A stretch of 64,000 bases of DNA, taken from Haliea sp. Its GTDB lineage: Bacteria > Pseudomonadota > Gammaproteobacteria > Pseudomonadales > Halieaceae. Below the pieces are notes generated by a model. That model did no database searches, was not told the DNA's origin, and saw nothing but the letters and a program-made list of their open reading frames with translations. How positions within the stretch are numbered: position 1 is the first letter of the stretch; each line of letters starts with the position of its first letter. The position numbers and the translations under genes were made by a program. The stretch covers positions 1,268 to 65,267 of the forward strand of contig JANQUV010000066.1 in NCBI GenBank assembly GCA_030730585.1, in the 5' to 3' direction. This document shows, piece after piece, positions 1-10,089 of this stretch.

Positions 1-2
1 TC

Positions 3-914
3 GTGCTATCTGGTTCAGCTGCTGGCAGCCCTCCGCTTGCCATTACGGCGGTGTTGTCCGAGGTATTGTTCAAGCTGATCGATAACCCTGTGAATGCGCT
101 GTTGACCGGCAATTTTCTGGGCTGTCTCACTTGGGCTATTCTTTTGGGAATCAGCTTTCGCAGGGCGAGCGATAGTTTTCGGGAGCATTTGCAGACCTTG
201 GCGACTGGTGTCAGCGATATCGTGCACTATGTGATTCGCTTGGCACCGATTGGTATTTTTGGCTTGGTGGCGGTCACCGTTGCCACTACGGGCCTCACGG
301 CGCTTGCAGGCTATGCCAACCTGGCTTTACTGTTGGTGGCCTGTATGTTGCTAATGGCGCTGGTGGTGAACCCTCTGCTGGTGTTTCTGGTGATCCGGCG
401 CAATCCCTATCCGATTGTTCTGAAATGCTTGGAGGAGTCCGGGATTACGGCATTTTTTACCCGCAGTTCCGCGGCGAACATCCCCGTTAACCTTAACCTC
501 GCAAAAAAATTGGGTATCAGTGAGGAGTTGTACACCGTCACCATACCCATTGGTGCCACAGCGAACATGGCGGGTGCTGCAATCACCATTACCGTTTTGA
601 CGCTGGCGGCCGCCAATACAGTGGGTATCGAGGTTTCTCTGGGCGGCGCCTTGCTGTTAAGTGTTATCGCAGCGCTGGCGGCCTGCGGCGCCAGTGGCGT
701 TCCATCCGGTAGTTTGTTGCTGGTGCCGTTGGCCTGTTCGCTGTTTGGGATTCCGCTGGACGTTGCTATGCAGGTTGTCGCGGTTGGATTTGTTATCAGC
801 GTCATTCAGGACTCGGCGGAGACTGCGCTGAATTCCAGCACTGATGTGGTGTTCACGTACGCGGCGGACCAATCGCGCCTGTTTCAGCAATTCAACCAGA
901 GAACTTTGCCATGA
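3..914 (+). CDS. sstT: Serine/threonine:sodium symporter SstT (DAACS family), 5'-truncated by the window edge
   Basis: ORF is open at the window start. The translation matches the C-terminal two-thirds of SstT as I recall it: [70 protein letters not shown]. Confidence 0.92.
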   Translation: MLSGSAAGSPPLAITAVLSEVLFKLIDNPVNALLTGNFLGCLTWAILLGISFRRASDSFREHLQTLATGVSDIVHYVIRLAPIGIFGLVAVTVATTGLTALAGYANLALLLVACMLLMALVVNPLLVFLVIRRNPYPIVLKCLEESGITAFFTRSSAANIPVNLNLAKKLGISEELYTVTIPIGATANMAGAAITITVLTLAAANTVGIEVSLGGALLLSVIAALAACGASGVPSGSLLLVPLACSLFGIPLDVAMQVVAVGFVISVIQDSAETALNSSTDVVFTYAADQSRLFQQFNQRTLP

Positions 915-1018
915 GTTTTATACAGTATCAGGTGGATGCGTTCGCCGAGCGCGTATTTGAGGGCAACCCGGCAGCCGTCGTACCCCTGCAGGCCTGGCCA
1001 GACGATGCGCTACTGTAG
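911..1018 (+). pseudogene. N-terminal remnant (35 codons) of a PhzF-family isomerase
   Basis: The ATG overlaps the sstT stop (ATGA at 911-914). [35 protein letters not shown] then TAG at 1016-1018. This is the typical PhzF-family N-terminus (QVDAF...F.GNPAAV). I found no continuation in any frame before the next gene at 1138. Confidence 0.6.
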
Positions 1019-1137
1019 GCAAGCGACCTACTGGGCGCGCTGCGCTGTTTATGGTAGATGAGTTACGCGGGATCGCGCTGGCACAGTGACATTAGTTTGG
1101 CAGTTTGAGGGGCCTGTAACGGTCGCTGACTAGCACA

Positions 1138-2988
1138 CTAAGTATCCCCGTAGCACTGTTTGACTGCGCTGGCACCGTCCGCTCGAATAGCCTGATATTT
1201 TTTCCAGAAAGCCTCGTCGACGCCACGCAGATAGGCGTTGGTGGTGGTTTTTCGATAGCGTGTAAGGTGGCGGGGGCCGCCGTTGTAAACTGCGTAAGTA
1301 GCTCTGGCAAGGTCATCAGCGTTTCCGGACACCGTGTGCTCGCCGCGTTTTATCGCGTAGTCCACCAGGTAGTGGGTGAGAATTTCGCTGCCTGCGCGTG
1401 CGTTGTAGCCGACGTTGTTCTTTAGGGCGTCCAAGTCGTAGAGGTTGCGCCAGACATGCTGGTTGATCTGCATGAGCCCAACCGAACCCGCCGATGAGCG
1501 AATAGGCTTTATTTCGCCGTCTTGCTGAATAAACTGACGCCAGCAGGATTCCTGCCATGCCGTGGCGCGCACCAAGTCTTGGTAAAGCGGGAAAAATTCT
1601 GCGGGCACCTTGCCGCGCGCGCGTTCAGCAGCGATGCTTTCGTCTAGCAGTTGCTCCATCGCTAACAGGTAGCGATCAAGGTCATCGTTGGCCGGTACCC
1701 ATCCGGTCAGCAGCTGCACCAGGTTCTTGCTTGCGGAGCTCGCGTGCGCAGACGGTATCAGCCAGGCAAAAGGGCCGGACGCTGCGGCCTCCTCCGGGAG
1801 TTCAATTTCCGGTTCGGGTGGCAGGCCCAATAGCTCACGCAACGCGGGGTCCACACGCGTGCTGTAGGCAAGCTCGTCATCGCTGACGCTGGGTGCGAGC
1901 AAGCGCGCAAGGCGGCGCAGGGTCGCGCTGTCGAGCGTGAAGCCAAGCTGCGGCGCCGCAATATCGAGTGCCTGCAAGGCATTGCCCGCACTGACGAAAG
2001 CCGCCAGTTCGAGCCCACGGCTTCCCGGTATCGCCAAGGTATTGCTGCGCAGCAGCGGCGCTAGCCTTGACCAGGTTGACAGGAATAAGCTGCGCACGGG
2101 GTCGCGGCCATGATTGTCTGCGGCTAGTGCTTCGCGTAGTTCATAGCGCGCGTCCAGCAATAAATCCAGCAACTCGGCGCGCAACTCGGGGTCTGCGGGT
2201 GCGGCGAGGTCCTTGATTAGCCATGTCGCAAAACCATCCCATGCCTGCCAGGCAGCATCCCAGGCGGCAAGTTCTGCTTCGGTAAGCGTGTCGGTATGGA
2301 TGGCTAACAAGCCGGGCGGCAGGCTGGGTGCCAGAATGGACATATGTACGGTGAGAGTGCCTGGCTTGGCGTCTGCACCGCGCAGTTGCAGTGAGCTGGC
2401 GACGGCTGCGCGCTCGTCCAACTCAGCGGGGAGCGCGTCGTGAAGGAGGGAGCGCAACTCAGTGAGTGCTGGCGTAAAGTCGATTGTCACCGCTCCAAGC
2501 CGCGGGTGGACCTGGTCTTTAATCCAATCCCAGAGCATGCCCGGCAGTTTGCGGCTGCCCTCTGCTGCACTCAGCATATTGGAGTCAGTGACGCGGAATG
2601 AGACTCGGTCACTGCCCGGCAACACCAGGGCTTGTTCCAACGTCTCGATCGAGCCGCTCCAGGCCATTGGCATGCGGCAGCGCCCTGCGAGCGGCCAGCC
2701 GATTTTGGCGTCTACCCGGCTGGTGATGCGCAGTTGGCCGTCTTCGGTGCCTTCCACCCGCGGTTCCGAGAGCGTGAGCGCATTGCAGGATTGAGCGTCG
2801 TGGAATAGCTGTGCAGTTCGGTCCTCACCGGTGAACAACTGTGCAGCCAAAGCTTCCTCGACGATGGCCAGATCTAGCTCCAGCGGTAGTTGGATCTCTT
2901 CCGCCACGACGTTTCGCGCGCACAGCAGGGCCAGCAAAATGCCGCATAGCGCATGGCACTGGCGGAGTGTTTGACTGGGCTTGCGCAT
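1138..2988 (-). CDS. Secreted protein with a C-terminal lytic transglycosylase (SLT, GH23) domain
   Basis: C-terminus carries the SLT signature (ATAWQESCW...SSAGSVGLMQIN...YNARAGSEIL). I chose the internal start MRKPSQ... because a signal peptide follows it (LLALLCARNVVA/EE). The listed ORF extends to 3084. Confidence 0.8.
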   Translation of the reverse strand: MRKPSQTLRQCHALCGILLALLCARNVVAEEIQLPLELDLAIVEEALAAQLFTGEDRTAQLFHDAQSCNALTLSEPRVEGTEDGQLRITSRVDAKIGWPLAGRCRMPMAWSGSIETLEQALVLPGSDRVSFRVTDSNMLSAAEGSRKLPGMLWDWIKDQVHPRLGAVTIDFTPALTELRSLLHDALPAELDERAAVASSLQLRGADAKPGTLTVHMSILAPSLPPGLLAIHTDTLTEAELAAWDAAWQAWDGFATWLIKDLAAPADPELRAELLDLLLDARYELREALAADNHGRDPVRSLFLSTWSRLAPLLRSNTLAIPGSRGLELAAFVSAGNALQALDIAAPQLGFTLDSATLRRLARLLAPSVSDDELAYSTRVDPALRELLGLPPEPEIELPEEAAASGPFAWLIPSAHASSASKNLVQLLTGWVPANDDLDRYLLAMEQLLDESIAAERARGKVPAEFFPLYQDLVRATAWQESCWRQFIQQDGEIKPIRSSAGSVGLMQINQHVWRNLYDLDALKNNVGYNARAGSEILTHYLVDYAIKRGEHTVSGNADDLARATYAVYNGGPRHLTRYRKTTTNAYLRGVDEAFWKKYQAIRADGASAVKQCYGDT

Positions 2989-3129
2989 GGCTTGTGTCGA
3001 CCGATAAGGTAAAAGAAATGTGCGCGGATCATACGCAGACTGCCGGTACGGCGACAGAGTACGGCGCACAATTATCTTCGGCAAAAAGTCATGCGCAAGA
3101 GTTTTACTGGCGACAGCCGTCGAGCGCCC

Positions 3130-4404
3130 TTAACCAGAGCCTTCGAGCGCCTCAATAAGCGCGTCTACGTCAATCGCATCGCCTGCAAGGCTGAAAACTA
3201 CCGCTTTCAGCTGTGCCAGCGATACCCTGCCACGGTTTTCAGCCAGGGCTTGCGCCACGTCATCAATGCCGGCCTGCCGGTCCGTTGCCGCAACCAGTGC
3301 CTTGTCAAGCTGATGCATGAACACGGCGGCGCGCGCGGTAACAGGCCCGGACGACCGGCGCACAAACAGCGTGTCAGCTTCCTTCGCCCATTTGGCCTTC
3401 CAGGCGAGAACCTGCGCATAGCGCGAGTCACTCATGCCGCCTGAACGGTGCAGTATTGCGGAGGAGTAGTACTCCGCCAGGCCTTCTACAATCCAGTCCG
3501 CTGTGCCGCCGCCGTTGATACCGGTGCCGACATGAATCAGTTCGTGAATCAGGCTGCTGGTGCGGTTGCCACTGATCATGGGCCGGTCGGCGTGCATAAA
3601 GAGCGAGCGCGTACCTGACAGGCCGCCGCGCCACATGGGCTTGCCGGCCGTCACGATCAATAGATGACTGGGGAAATCAGGTAGTACCGCCTTCACCTCA
3701 GGCAGCGTCCAGGCAATAAACGCCAGTGTGTCTTGCAGGCGGTCGCCTTGGCCTGCGGGAGCGGCTACGCGAACATCAACGCCGTCAATAATATCCTGAC
3801 GGCTAGTGATATCGCCTAAGATGAGCCAGCCTTTCGGGCGCGGAAAGCTGCGCCCAGGGTCTGCCACCAGGAAGGTGGTCGAGTAGCCTTCCGCGGCGGG
3901 GTAGGGGGCGGCAGCGGACCAGCCATCAGGTAGCATGAATTGCAGTTTAGCGTGCCCCTGCAGGCCCTTGGGGCCGCGCGCGGAAATCGGCGGAACCAAT
4001 TTGTCACTGCGCAAGATGGCCCAATCGTCAGTCAGCAATGAATCATAACGGCCACTGGCTTTCTGCTCGTCAATAACAAATTCATAATACAGGCTGTCTT
4101 GCGGCTCGCGCGGTTTCCAAACCGCCCTGTCGCCCTCAAGCGTGAGCCCGTGCTCGGCGCGCAATGATTGATGCCGCTCCGGGTTCAGGGAGAATGTCAG
4201 GCGGCTAGGCAAGCGCTCTCCGCGCAACTGTATCTCGACACGAGCCACGTCCGAGTCCGGGTGTACATTGGCACGATAAACAATGTCGTAGTCCTGCGCC
4301 TGCGCGGCTGTGTTTGCTATCAGCAAAGAAAGTACTACCCAAAGCAGTAGAGCGAGCCGCGGGGAGAGCAGCGCGGCGAATGCATGTTTCGTCAAAGCGG
4401 CCAT
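3130..4404 (-). CDS. Secreted gluzincin-type zinc metallopeptidase (M1/M61-like)
   Basis: HELIH (HExxH) followed about 20 residues later by WIVEGLAEYY, a third-ligand Glu context. The start at MAALTK... gives a signal peptide ending AQA/QD. The listed ORF extends to 4515. Confidence 0.6.
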   Translation of the reverse strand: MAALTKHAFAALLSPRLALLLWVVLSLLIANTAAQAQDYDIVYRANVHPDSDVARVEIQLRGERLPSRLTFSLNPERHQSLRAEHGLTLEGDRAVWKPREPQDSLYYEFVIDEQKASGRYDSLLTDDWAILRSDKLVPPISARGPKGLQGHAKLQFMLPDGWSAAAPYPAAEGYSTTFLVADPGRSFPRPKGWLILGDITSRQDIIDGVDVRVAAPAGQGDRLQDTLAFIAWTLPEVKAVLPDFPSHLLIVTAGKPMWRGGLSGTRSLFMHADRPMISGNRTSSLIHELIHVGTGINGGGTADWIVEGLAEYYSSAILHRSGGMSDSRYAQVLAWKAKWAKEADTLFVRRSSGPVTARAAVFMHQLDKALVAATDRQAGIDDVAQALAENRGRVSLAQLKAVVFSLAGDAIDVDALIEALEGSG

Positions 4405-4561
4405 GGCAACCAGAGAGGGGCGAGGTGTGAGCGCTGAGCATACCAGCGGCGCTGCGAAAAACCATCCCAGTGGCAATTGTACCGTTGTAGACGTACTACT
4501 TCCGGGCGGTCTCATATAACAGCAATAAACATGATCGGAGGCACTATGAGCGAAAAGAGCA

Positions 4562-4873
4562 GTGTTGGGGATCGTGCCTTATATCGGTGGCATCGTGAGC
4601 ATTGTGTGGGGCGCTTGGCTGTTTGAAGCCAGCGTGGCGGTACATGAGCGGCCGCGCAAAACCGCGCAAATTGTCTTTGGCGCTCTTGCGGTATTGTTTA
4701 TCTTTACCAGCATTGGCAGCGAAAGCGCTTTGCGTGCCATGAACGCACGCATGCACGAAATGGGCGGCCATTTCCAAGGTATCGAGGATATGTCCTCAGA
4801 AGATGCCGGGCGCAAAATGGGTGAATTTCTCAAAGGATTGGAAGAAGGTGCCCAGTCCGACGGTGATCAATAA
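4562..4873 (+). CDS. Small two-TM membrane protein, hypothetical (Yip1-like C-terminal segment?)
   Basis: GTG-start ORF with two hydrophobic segments (IVPYIGGIVSIVWGAWLF, IVFGALAVLFIFTSIG) and an acidic tail. No family was recognised with confidence. Confidence 0.4.
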   Translation: MLGIVPYIGGIVSIVWGAWLFEASVAVHERPRKTAQIVFGALAVLFIFTSIGSESALRAMNARMHEMGGHFQGIEDMSSEDAGRKMGEFLKGLEEGAQSDGDQ

Positions 4874-4888
4874 GCGGAAACTTTTGGC

Positions 4889-5764
4889 CTAAGGCAGTTG
4901 GCGCACCGCGTCCAGCTTGCCGCATAACTCTTTTGCGCCGTCCAGCGCGCGCGCGGTTGGGCGTTGAATCAGGTCGGGGTTGATCGCCAATAGGCCGCCT
5001 TGCAGCGCTCGTAGCCCCGTGTACTTGCGCCAGTGAGCCAGCCATTCCGGGTGCGCTTGCTCCATGCCACCGGCCACAATCGCTCTGGGGTTGCGCGCCA
5101 GCACCGATTCCAGATTCACTCGGGGCGCCAGGGTGGGAGCATCTGCGAATATATTGTGTCCGCCGCACAGCGTGATAATTTGGCTGATCAAATGCTCTCC
5201 GCTCACTGTTTGCAGAGGCTCGTGCCAGATCTGGTAGAAAACCGATAGGACCTCGGCGTCTCCATACTGCGCCTGCAGTGCAGCGAAGCCTGCTTCCAAG
5301 CGCTGTGCCTGTTGTTCACTGTGCGCCTGGGTGCCGGCCAGGCGGCCCAAACGGCGGATGCTTTCGGGGATATCTGCCAGAGCCCGAAGTTCACTCACGT
5401 AAACGGGAAACCCCAGCCGTTCCAGTTTTTCCAGTGCGCCAGCGCCGTTGCCTGAACCCCACATCAGAATCAGATCGGGACCTGCAGCGACAATTTGTTC
5501 CAAGCTGAAGGCAGTGTAAGACCCTACGTTTGGCAGTGTTCGCGCTTGCTTGGGGAAGTCGCTATAGCTGACGACCCCCACCAGCCTGTCTCCAGCGCCT
5601 GCACTATAAAGGTTTTCGACAATGTGCGGCGCCAAGGCGATAATCCGCTGCGCGGGTTGTGCGAGTGTGACCGTTCGACCGGCAAAATCCTCTACGCTAA
5701 TGGGCTGCGCAGCTGCGCTACATACCGCCGCCAGTAAACATACGCTGAGCGCAAGCCTGCGCAT
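4889..5764 (-). CDS. btuF: Periplasmic cobalamin/siderophore-type substrate-binding protein (BtuF-like)
   Basis: Signal peptide, then the motif RIIALAPHIVENLYSAGAGDRLVGVVSYSDFP typical of BtuF/class III SBPs. It is the last gene of the riboswitch-controlled operon. TGATG overlap with the upstream ATPase stop. Confidence 0.8.
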   Translation of the reverse strand: MRRLALSVCLLAAVCSAAAQPISVEDFAGRTVTLAQPAQRIIALAPHIVENLYSAGAGDRLVGVVSYSDFPKQARTLPNVGSYTAFSLEQIVAAGPDLILMWGSGNGAGALEKLERLGFPVYVSELRALADIPESIRRLGRLAGTQAHSEQQAQRLEAGFAALQAQYGDAEVLSVFYQIWHEPLQTVSGEHLISQIITLCGGHNIFADAPTLAPRVNLESVLARNPRAIVAGGMEQAHPEWLAHWRKYTGLRALQGGLLAINPDLIQRPTARALDGAKELCGKLDAVRQLP

Positions 5765-6543
5765 CACAAGCCAATCACCAAAGGTTGGCGCCCGTTGGGG
5801 TGGGGTTGCACCAGCACCTCGGCGTGGAACAGCGCGCGAAACAGCGCAGGGGTGAGCACCGCATGCGGTGTGCCGCTGGCGATGGCCTGGCCTCGGTCCA
5901 AAACCAATAGCCGATGGCTAACGCTGGCGGCCAGGTTAACATCGTGCACAACCAGCAACACAGCACAGCCGCGCGCTGCAATATCTGCAATCACCGTGGC
6001 CAACTGCTGCTGGTGTGCAAGGTCCAGTGCTGCCGTGGGTTCGTCCAATAATAGCAGGGCGCCGCTCATGTCGTGCCCGCCCCACAGCTGTGCGAGCACC
6101 CGAGCCAGCTGCACTCGCTGTCGCTCGCCACCGGAAAGTTGGGTGTAGAGCCGATTGCGCAGCGACAAGGTGTCGGTGGCGCGCAGTACCTCACGCATAA
6201 TATCGTGGTCGGCGCGTGCTCCCGTCGCGTGCGGTGTGCGACCAAGCAATACCACTTCCTCTACCGTGTAGGGAAAGTTAAGCAGCGATAGCTGGGGCAA
6301 GAACGCGAGTTTCTGTGCCAGCGCCTGCCGTGGCCAAGCCTGCAAGGGCTTATCGGCAAATAGCAGGTTGCCGCTGGTAGGCGCAAAGTCCCCCGCCAGC
6401 AAGCGCAACAGGCTGGACTTGCCGGCACCGTTAGGGCCGATAAGCCCAATTACCTCACCCGGGATCATCTCTAGATTGATGTCTGTGAGCACGGGGTCGC
6501 CCCAGGGCGACGCGTCAACGTTTTGCAGCTGCAGCAGGCTCAT
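5764..6543 (-). CDS. ABC transporter ATP-binding protein (BtuD/HmuV-like)
   Basis: Walker A GPNGAGKSS, signature LSGGERQRV, Walker B LLLLDEPTAALD. The true start MSLLQLQ is at 6543, in an ATGA overlap with the permease stop. The 394-aa listed ORF has a spurious N-terminal extension. Confidence 0.9.
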   Translation of the reverse strand: MSLLQLQNVDASPWGDPVLTDINLEMIPGEVIGLIGPNGAGKSSLLRLLAGDFAPTSGNLLFADKPLQAWPRQALAQKLAFLPQLSLLNFPYTVEEVVLLGRTPHATGARADHDIMREVLRATDTLSLRNRLYTQLSGGERQRVQLARVLAQLWGGHDMSGALLLLDEPTAALDLAHQQQLATVIADIAARGCAVLLVVHDVNLAASVSHRLLVLDRGQAIASGTPHAVLTPALFRALFHAEVLVQPHPNGRQPLVIGL

Positions 6544-7577
6544 GTCTGCATGCCGTATTGGTGACGTTGGCGCAGCAGCGATACAAAGAATGGCACCCCA
6601 ATCAAGGCGGTAATGATACCTACGGGCAGCTCGGTAGGGGCCAGCACAACGCGTGACAAGGCGTCGGCACCGACCAATAAAATAGCTCCGGCCAGTGCAC
6701 ACGCTGGGAGCAGAAAACGATGATCCGGGCCGATAAGCAGGCGCACAATATGGGGTACCACCAAGCCGACAAACGCGATGGTGCCGACCAGCGCGACGGA
6801 GGTGCCAACACCCAGGGCGACCCAGGTGATCAGCGCGATTTTGGTGGGGTTGACGCGGATACCAAGATGCCGCGCTTCCGATTCGCCCAAAAGCAGTGTG
6901 TTCAGTGCTAGCGCGTAACGTGGCAGTGCCAACAGTACCGCTCCACACACCACGCTGGCGAGCAGCAAACGCGGTAGATTGGCACCGTCAAGGCCGCCCA
7001 TTTTCCACAGGCTTATTTGGCGTAGCCGCTCGTTGTCGGTAAAAAACTCCAGCAAGCTGCTCGCCGCGCCTGCCAAGGCGGTTATCGCAATACCTGCGAG
7101 CAGCATGGTTGCGACAGATGTGCCGTTTCCTGAACTGGCAAGCCGGTACACGAGTAACACGGCGAGCACGCCTCCGACGAAGGCCCCCAGTGAAACCAGC
7201 GTCAGGCCGAGATGGCCGGTCAGGCTGCTGCCCCCCGCAACAATCAACAGTGATGCGCCGAGGGAGGCTCCGGCGGTGACCCCGATCAGCGAAGGATCTG
7301 CCAGTGGGTTGCGAAACAGCCCTTGCATGGCCGCGCCGCTCATTGCCAGCGTGGCGCCGATAATGGCCGCGAGTAATACTCGCGGCAGGCGGATCTGTTG
7401 CACGATCACGGTCGCCTGGCCGCGGTCGCCACCCATGAGCACCGCCAAGGTGTCAGCGGGTGCGACCTGCACAGCGCCACTGCCTAGCGCGACTAGCATG
7501 GATAAAGGGAGCAAGACGCCGAGCAACAGCAGCAGGCGCTGCGCTCGCCGACGGCGGTTAATGACGTTAGTAATCAA
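6540..7577 (-). CDS. btuC: FecCD-family ABC permease (BtuC-like)
   Basis: Polytopic membrane protein with FecCD motifs (IRLPRVLLAAIIGATLAMSGAAMQGLFRNPLADPSLIGV). The start codon is uncertain: TTG at 7577, overlapping the cobO 3' end. Confidence 0.88.
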   Translation of the reverse strand: MITNVINRRRRAQRLLLLLGVLLPLSMLVALGSGAVQVAPADTLAVLMGGDRGQATVIVQQIRLPRVLLAAIIGATLAMSGAAMQGLFRNPLADPSLIGVTAGASLGASLLIVAGGSSLTGHLGLTLVSLGAFVGGVLAVLLVYRLASSGNGTSVATMLLAGIAITALAGAASSLLEFFTDNERLRQISLWKMGGLDGANLPRLLLASVVCGAVLLALPRYALALNTLLLGESEARHLGIRVNPTKIALITWVALGVGTSVALVGTIAFVGLVVPHIVRLLIGPDHRFLLPACALAGAILLVGADALSRVVLAPTELPVGIITALIGVPFFVSLLRQRHQYGMQT

Positions 7578-8175
7578 CGCCGCGGCGAGCCTTGATGCCG
7601 TTGTTATAGGCGTGTTTGATTTCCTTGATTTCAGATACCGTGTCCATGAGGTCCTGCAACGGCTTGCCGCCTCCTCTGCCCGTCACCACAACACTTTGTG
7701 CTTCTGGGCGCCCGGCGAGTGCTGCCAGTACTTCAGCTTCAGGCAGGTAGTCAAATGCCAGCATATACGTTAGCTCGTCGAGCACTACCAGGTGGAATGC
7801 AGGATTACTGAGCATCGCCGTGGCCTGTTCCCAAGTGCGCTGCGCTGCTTCAATATCGGCGCTGCGATCCTGGGTGTCCCAAGTGAAGCCTGTACCCATT
7901 TGGTAGAAATCTACCTCCGGGCAATGGTCACGCAGGTAGATTTCCTCTCCGGAGAGCTGTTCACCTTTAATGAACTGAATGACCCCGACCTTGTAGCCGT
8001 AGCCCAGCGCGCGCATCACCATACCGAAGGCGGAGCTGGATTTGCCTTTGCCATTGCCGGTGAGCAGGATGCCAACACCGCGTTCTGTATCGGCGGCGCG
8101 AATGCTCGCATCGACGTTGGCTTTCTGCTTTTCCATGGCCTTTTTATGGCGGGTGTTTTTGCGTTCGTCGGTCAT
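7567..8175 (-). CDS. cobO: Cob(I)yrinic acid a,c-diamide adenosyltransferase (CobO/BtuR)
   Basis: ILLTGNGKGKSSSAFGMVMRALGYGYKVGVIQFIKG and DELTYMLAF motifs are typical of CobA/CobO/BtuR. AGGAG lies 9 nt upstream of the ATG. Confidence 0.9.
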   Translation of the reverse strand: MTDERKNTRHKKAMEKQKANVDASIRAADTERGVGILLTGNGKGKSSSAFGMVMRALGYGYKVGVIQFIKGEQLSGEEIYLRDHCPEVDFYQMGTGFTWDTQDRSADIEAAQRTWEQATAMLSNPAFHLVVLDELTYMLAFDYLPEAEVLAALAGRPEAQSVVVTGRGGGKPLQDLMDTVSEIKEIKHAYNNGIKARRGVDY

Positions 8176-8184
8176 GACGTGCTC

Positions 8185-10047
8185 CTAAAAAGTGTAGCGG
8201 ATGCCGGCATAGGCGGCCCGTTCAGTGCTGCGAAAATCGGGAATTTCTTCGTAGCTCCGGTCTAGCAGGTTTTCAACGCGGCCGTACAGTTCCAGCTGCG
8301 GTGTGAAACGGTAGCGAGCGTTAAGGCCAACCACGTGGTAATCGTCTACTGGAGAGCCATCAAACTCTTGCGCATCTCTCGAAGCACGCAGCTGCAGGCC
8401 TAGCATGAGCTGTTCGGAGGCAGTGCGCCACTGCAAGCCGAGGTTAGCCAAGTGGCGAGGGCGGTAAACACGCTGCCCTCCGGCGGCTGTCTCGGTGTCG
8501 TTGTAGGTGTAATTGCCCTGCACACTGAGCCGCAGGGGCAGGGGCAGTTCGACGATGAGCTCCACACCGTCAGAGTCGCTGTTACCGGTATCCTGCAGAT
8601 ACCCTGAGAAGCTGCCTAGATCAAAGAAGATCTCATCCCTCACTTCCTGGGTAAAGTACACGGCTTCCAGCAGCGCGCCGGTGTTGCCGTACCAGCCGAT
8701 GCCCAGGTCATAGCCTTCGCTGCGTTCTTCTTGCAGAACGGTATCGGAGGCCGGTGGGCTGGCGAAGAAGCTGCCGTTATAGGCGATTTCGTACAGGCTG
8801 GGCGCGCGGAAGCCGGTGCTCCACGCGGCCTTGAGCTTGACCTCGCCGGCGCTCGCAACCGGCACCAGGTAGGCGGCGCTAATACGGTAAGAATCATGGC
8901 TGCCGAAATCCTCGTTGTCGTCGTAGCGGGCACCGGCGGTGAAGAACAACTGATTCTCGACATTGCCCTGGTATTCGAGGTAGTAGCCGCTCTGGTCACG
9001 CTCGGTATCGAAGGTGCCATCATTCAGCGCTTGTCGTTCGTAGTCCACCCCATACACCAGCTGAACGTTGCTGGTCGCGGCATAGCTGCCGAGATAGGTC
9101 ACACGGGTCAGGTCACCTTCGGTGCCAAAACCCGGTAGCCCCTCAGTGAAGAACTGGCGTTCGGTTTCGCTGCGGTTGTAGGCCAGTTCGTGCTGAAACT
9201 GCTCACCGCGGAAACTGGCTGCTCCGCGCAGCGCTTGTTGCTCGTAAGTATCAGCGCAGAGGTTGCTCGGTTCGAACGTGTCGTTAGTGAAACACCCATC
9301 GTATGCATTGTCGCTGTCGACATCGCGCGCTACCAGCTCCAGACGCAGCTGTTCAGTGATGTTCCAGCCGCCGCGGGCATGCAAAGTCGTGTTGTCGTAG
9401 CCGTCTTTATCCGCGGGGTTGGTATCGGATGTGCGTGCGTTAAAGCCCTCGGTGCTGTGGTCGGTGATCGACACGTTGCCGTCGATGTGATCATTGCCTG
9501 CTCCCATATTACCGCTGTACTGGGTGGTACCGTAGCGACCCGCTTCCGCGCTGAAGTCGCCGCCCAGCCCGCTGCGTGGCGCCTGCGTGTTGATGCTGAT
9601 GATGCCCCCTGCATCGGCGCCGTACATCATGCCCTGTGGCCCGCGCAGGATTTCCACTCGTTGAATGCCGCTGCTTAGCAGATGCTCCATTCGTGGGCCG
9701 GTTTGTGGGGTTGTGGTGTCAGAGACGTCGATACCGTCAATCAGTACCTTGGTTCGGAATCCTTCTTCACCGCGAATGCGCAGAGACGACACTTTGCCGA
9801 TACCGCCATTGTTGGTGACCGCCACCGAAGGCGCGGTACGCAGGATGTCCTGCAAGCTGGCAAAGCCAAGTCGCTTGATCTCGTCGGCATCAATCACCGA
9901 AAGGGACGTGGCAACCTCACGCAGAGGCATCGCTACCCGCGAAGAACTGATGACAATTTCCTCGAGTGGCGAGTTGGGGGCCGAATTGGCGTAAGCGGGT
10001 AATGTGAGTATTAGCGCAATGGCGCTGGTCAATTTTTGATTTTTCAT
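8185..10047 (-). CDS. btuB: TonB-dependent outer-membrane vitamin B12 receptor
   Basis: Signal peptide, TonB box/plug (EEIVISSSR, plug-domain motifs), beta-barrel ending ...AGIRYTF. Sits directly downstream of a cobalamin riboswitch. I chose the start MKNQK (ATG 10047) because GAGG lies 7 nt upstream; the listed ORF starts at 10065. Confidence 0.9.
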   Translation of the reverse strand: MKNQKLTSAIALILTLPAYANSAPNSPLEEIVISSSRVAMPLREVATSLSVIDADEIKRLGFASLQDILRTAPSVAVTNNGGIGKVSSLRIRGEEGFRTKVLIDGIDVSDTTTPQTGPRMEHLLSSGIQRVEILRGPQGMMYGADAGGIISINTQAPRSGLGGDFSAEAGRYGTTQYSGNMGAGNDHIDGNVSITDHSTEGFNARTSDTNPADKDGYDNTTLHARGGWNITEQLRLELVARDVDSDNAYDGCFTNDTFEPSNLCADTYEQQALRGAASFRGEQFQHELAYNRSETERQFFTEGLPGFGTEGDLTRVTYLGSYAATSNVQLVYGVDYERQALNDGTFDTERDQSGYYLEYQGNVENQLFFTAGARYDDNEDFGSHDSYRISAAYLVPVASAGEVKLKAAWSTGFRAPSLYEIAYNGSFFASPPASDTVLQEERSEGYDLGIGWYGNTGALLEAVYFTQEVRDEIFFDLGSFSGYLQDTGNSDSDGVELIVELPLPLRLSVQGNYTYNDTETAAGGQRVYRPRHLANLGLQWRTASEQLMLGLQLRASRDAQEFDGSPVDDYHVVGLNARYRFTPQLELYGRVENLLDRSYEEIPDFRSTERAAYAGIRYTF

Positions 10048-10089
10048 AGTGTGCCTCAATGCCATGAAATAAGTGGCGATTGAGAGAGG

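Noticed and set aside
5764-6948. 394-aa listed ORF suggesting a much larger ABC ATPase.
   Set aside because: The N-terminal ~134 aa are Arg/Cys/Gly-rich off-frame sequence overlapping the permease gene. A canonical ATG (6543) in an ATGA overlap with the permease stop gives a normal 260-aa ATPase.
6979-7773. 264-aa plus-strand ORF.
   Set aside because: It is antisense to the FecCD permease and cobO. The Ser/Pro/Ala/Arg-rich translation marks it as a shadow ORF.
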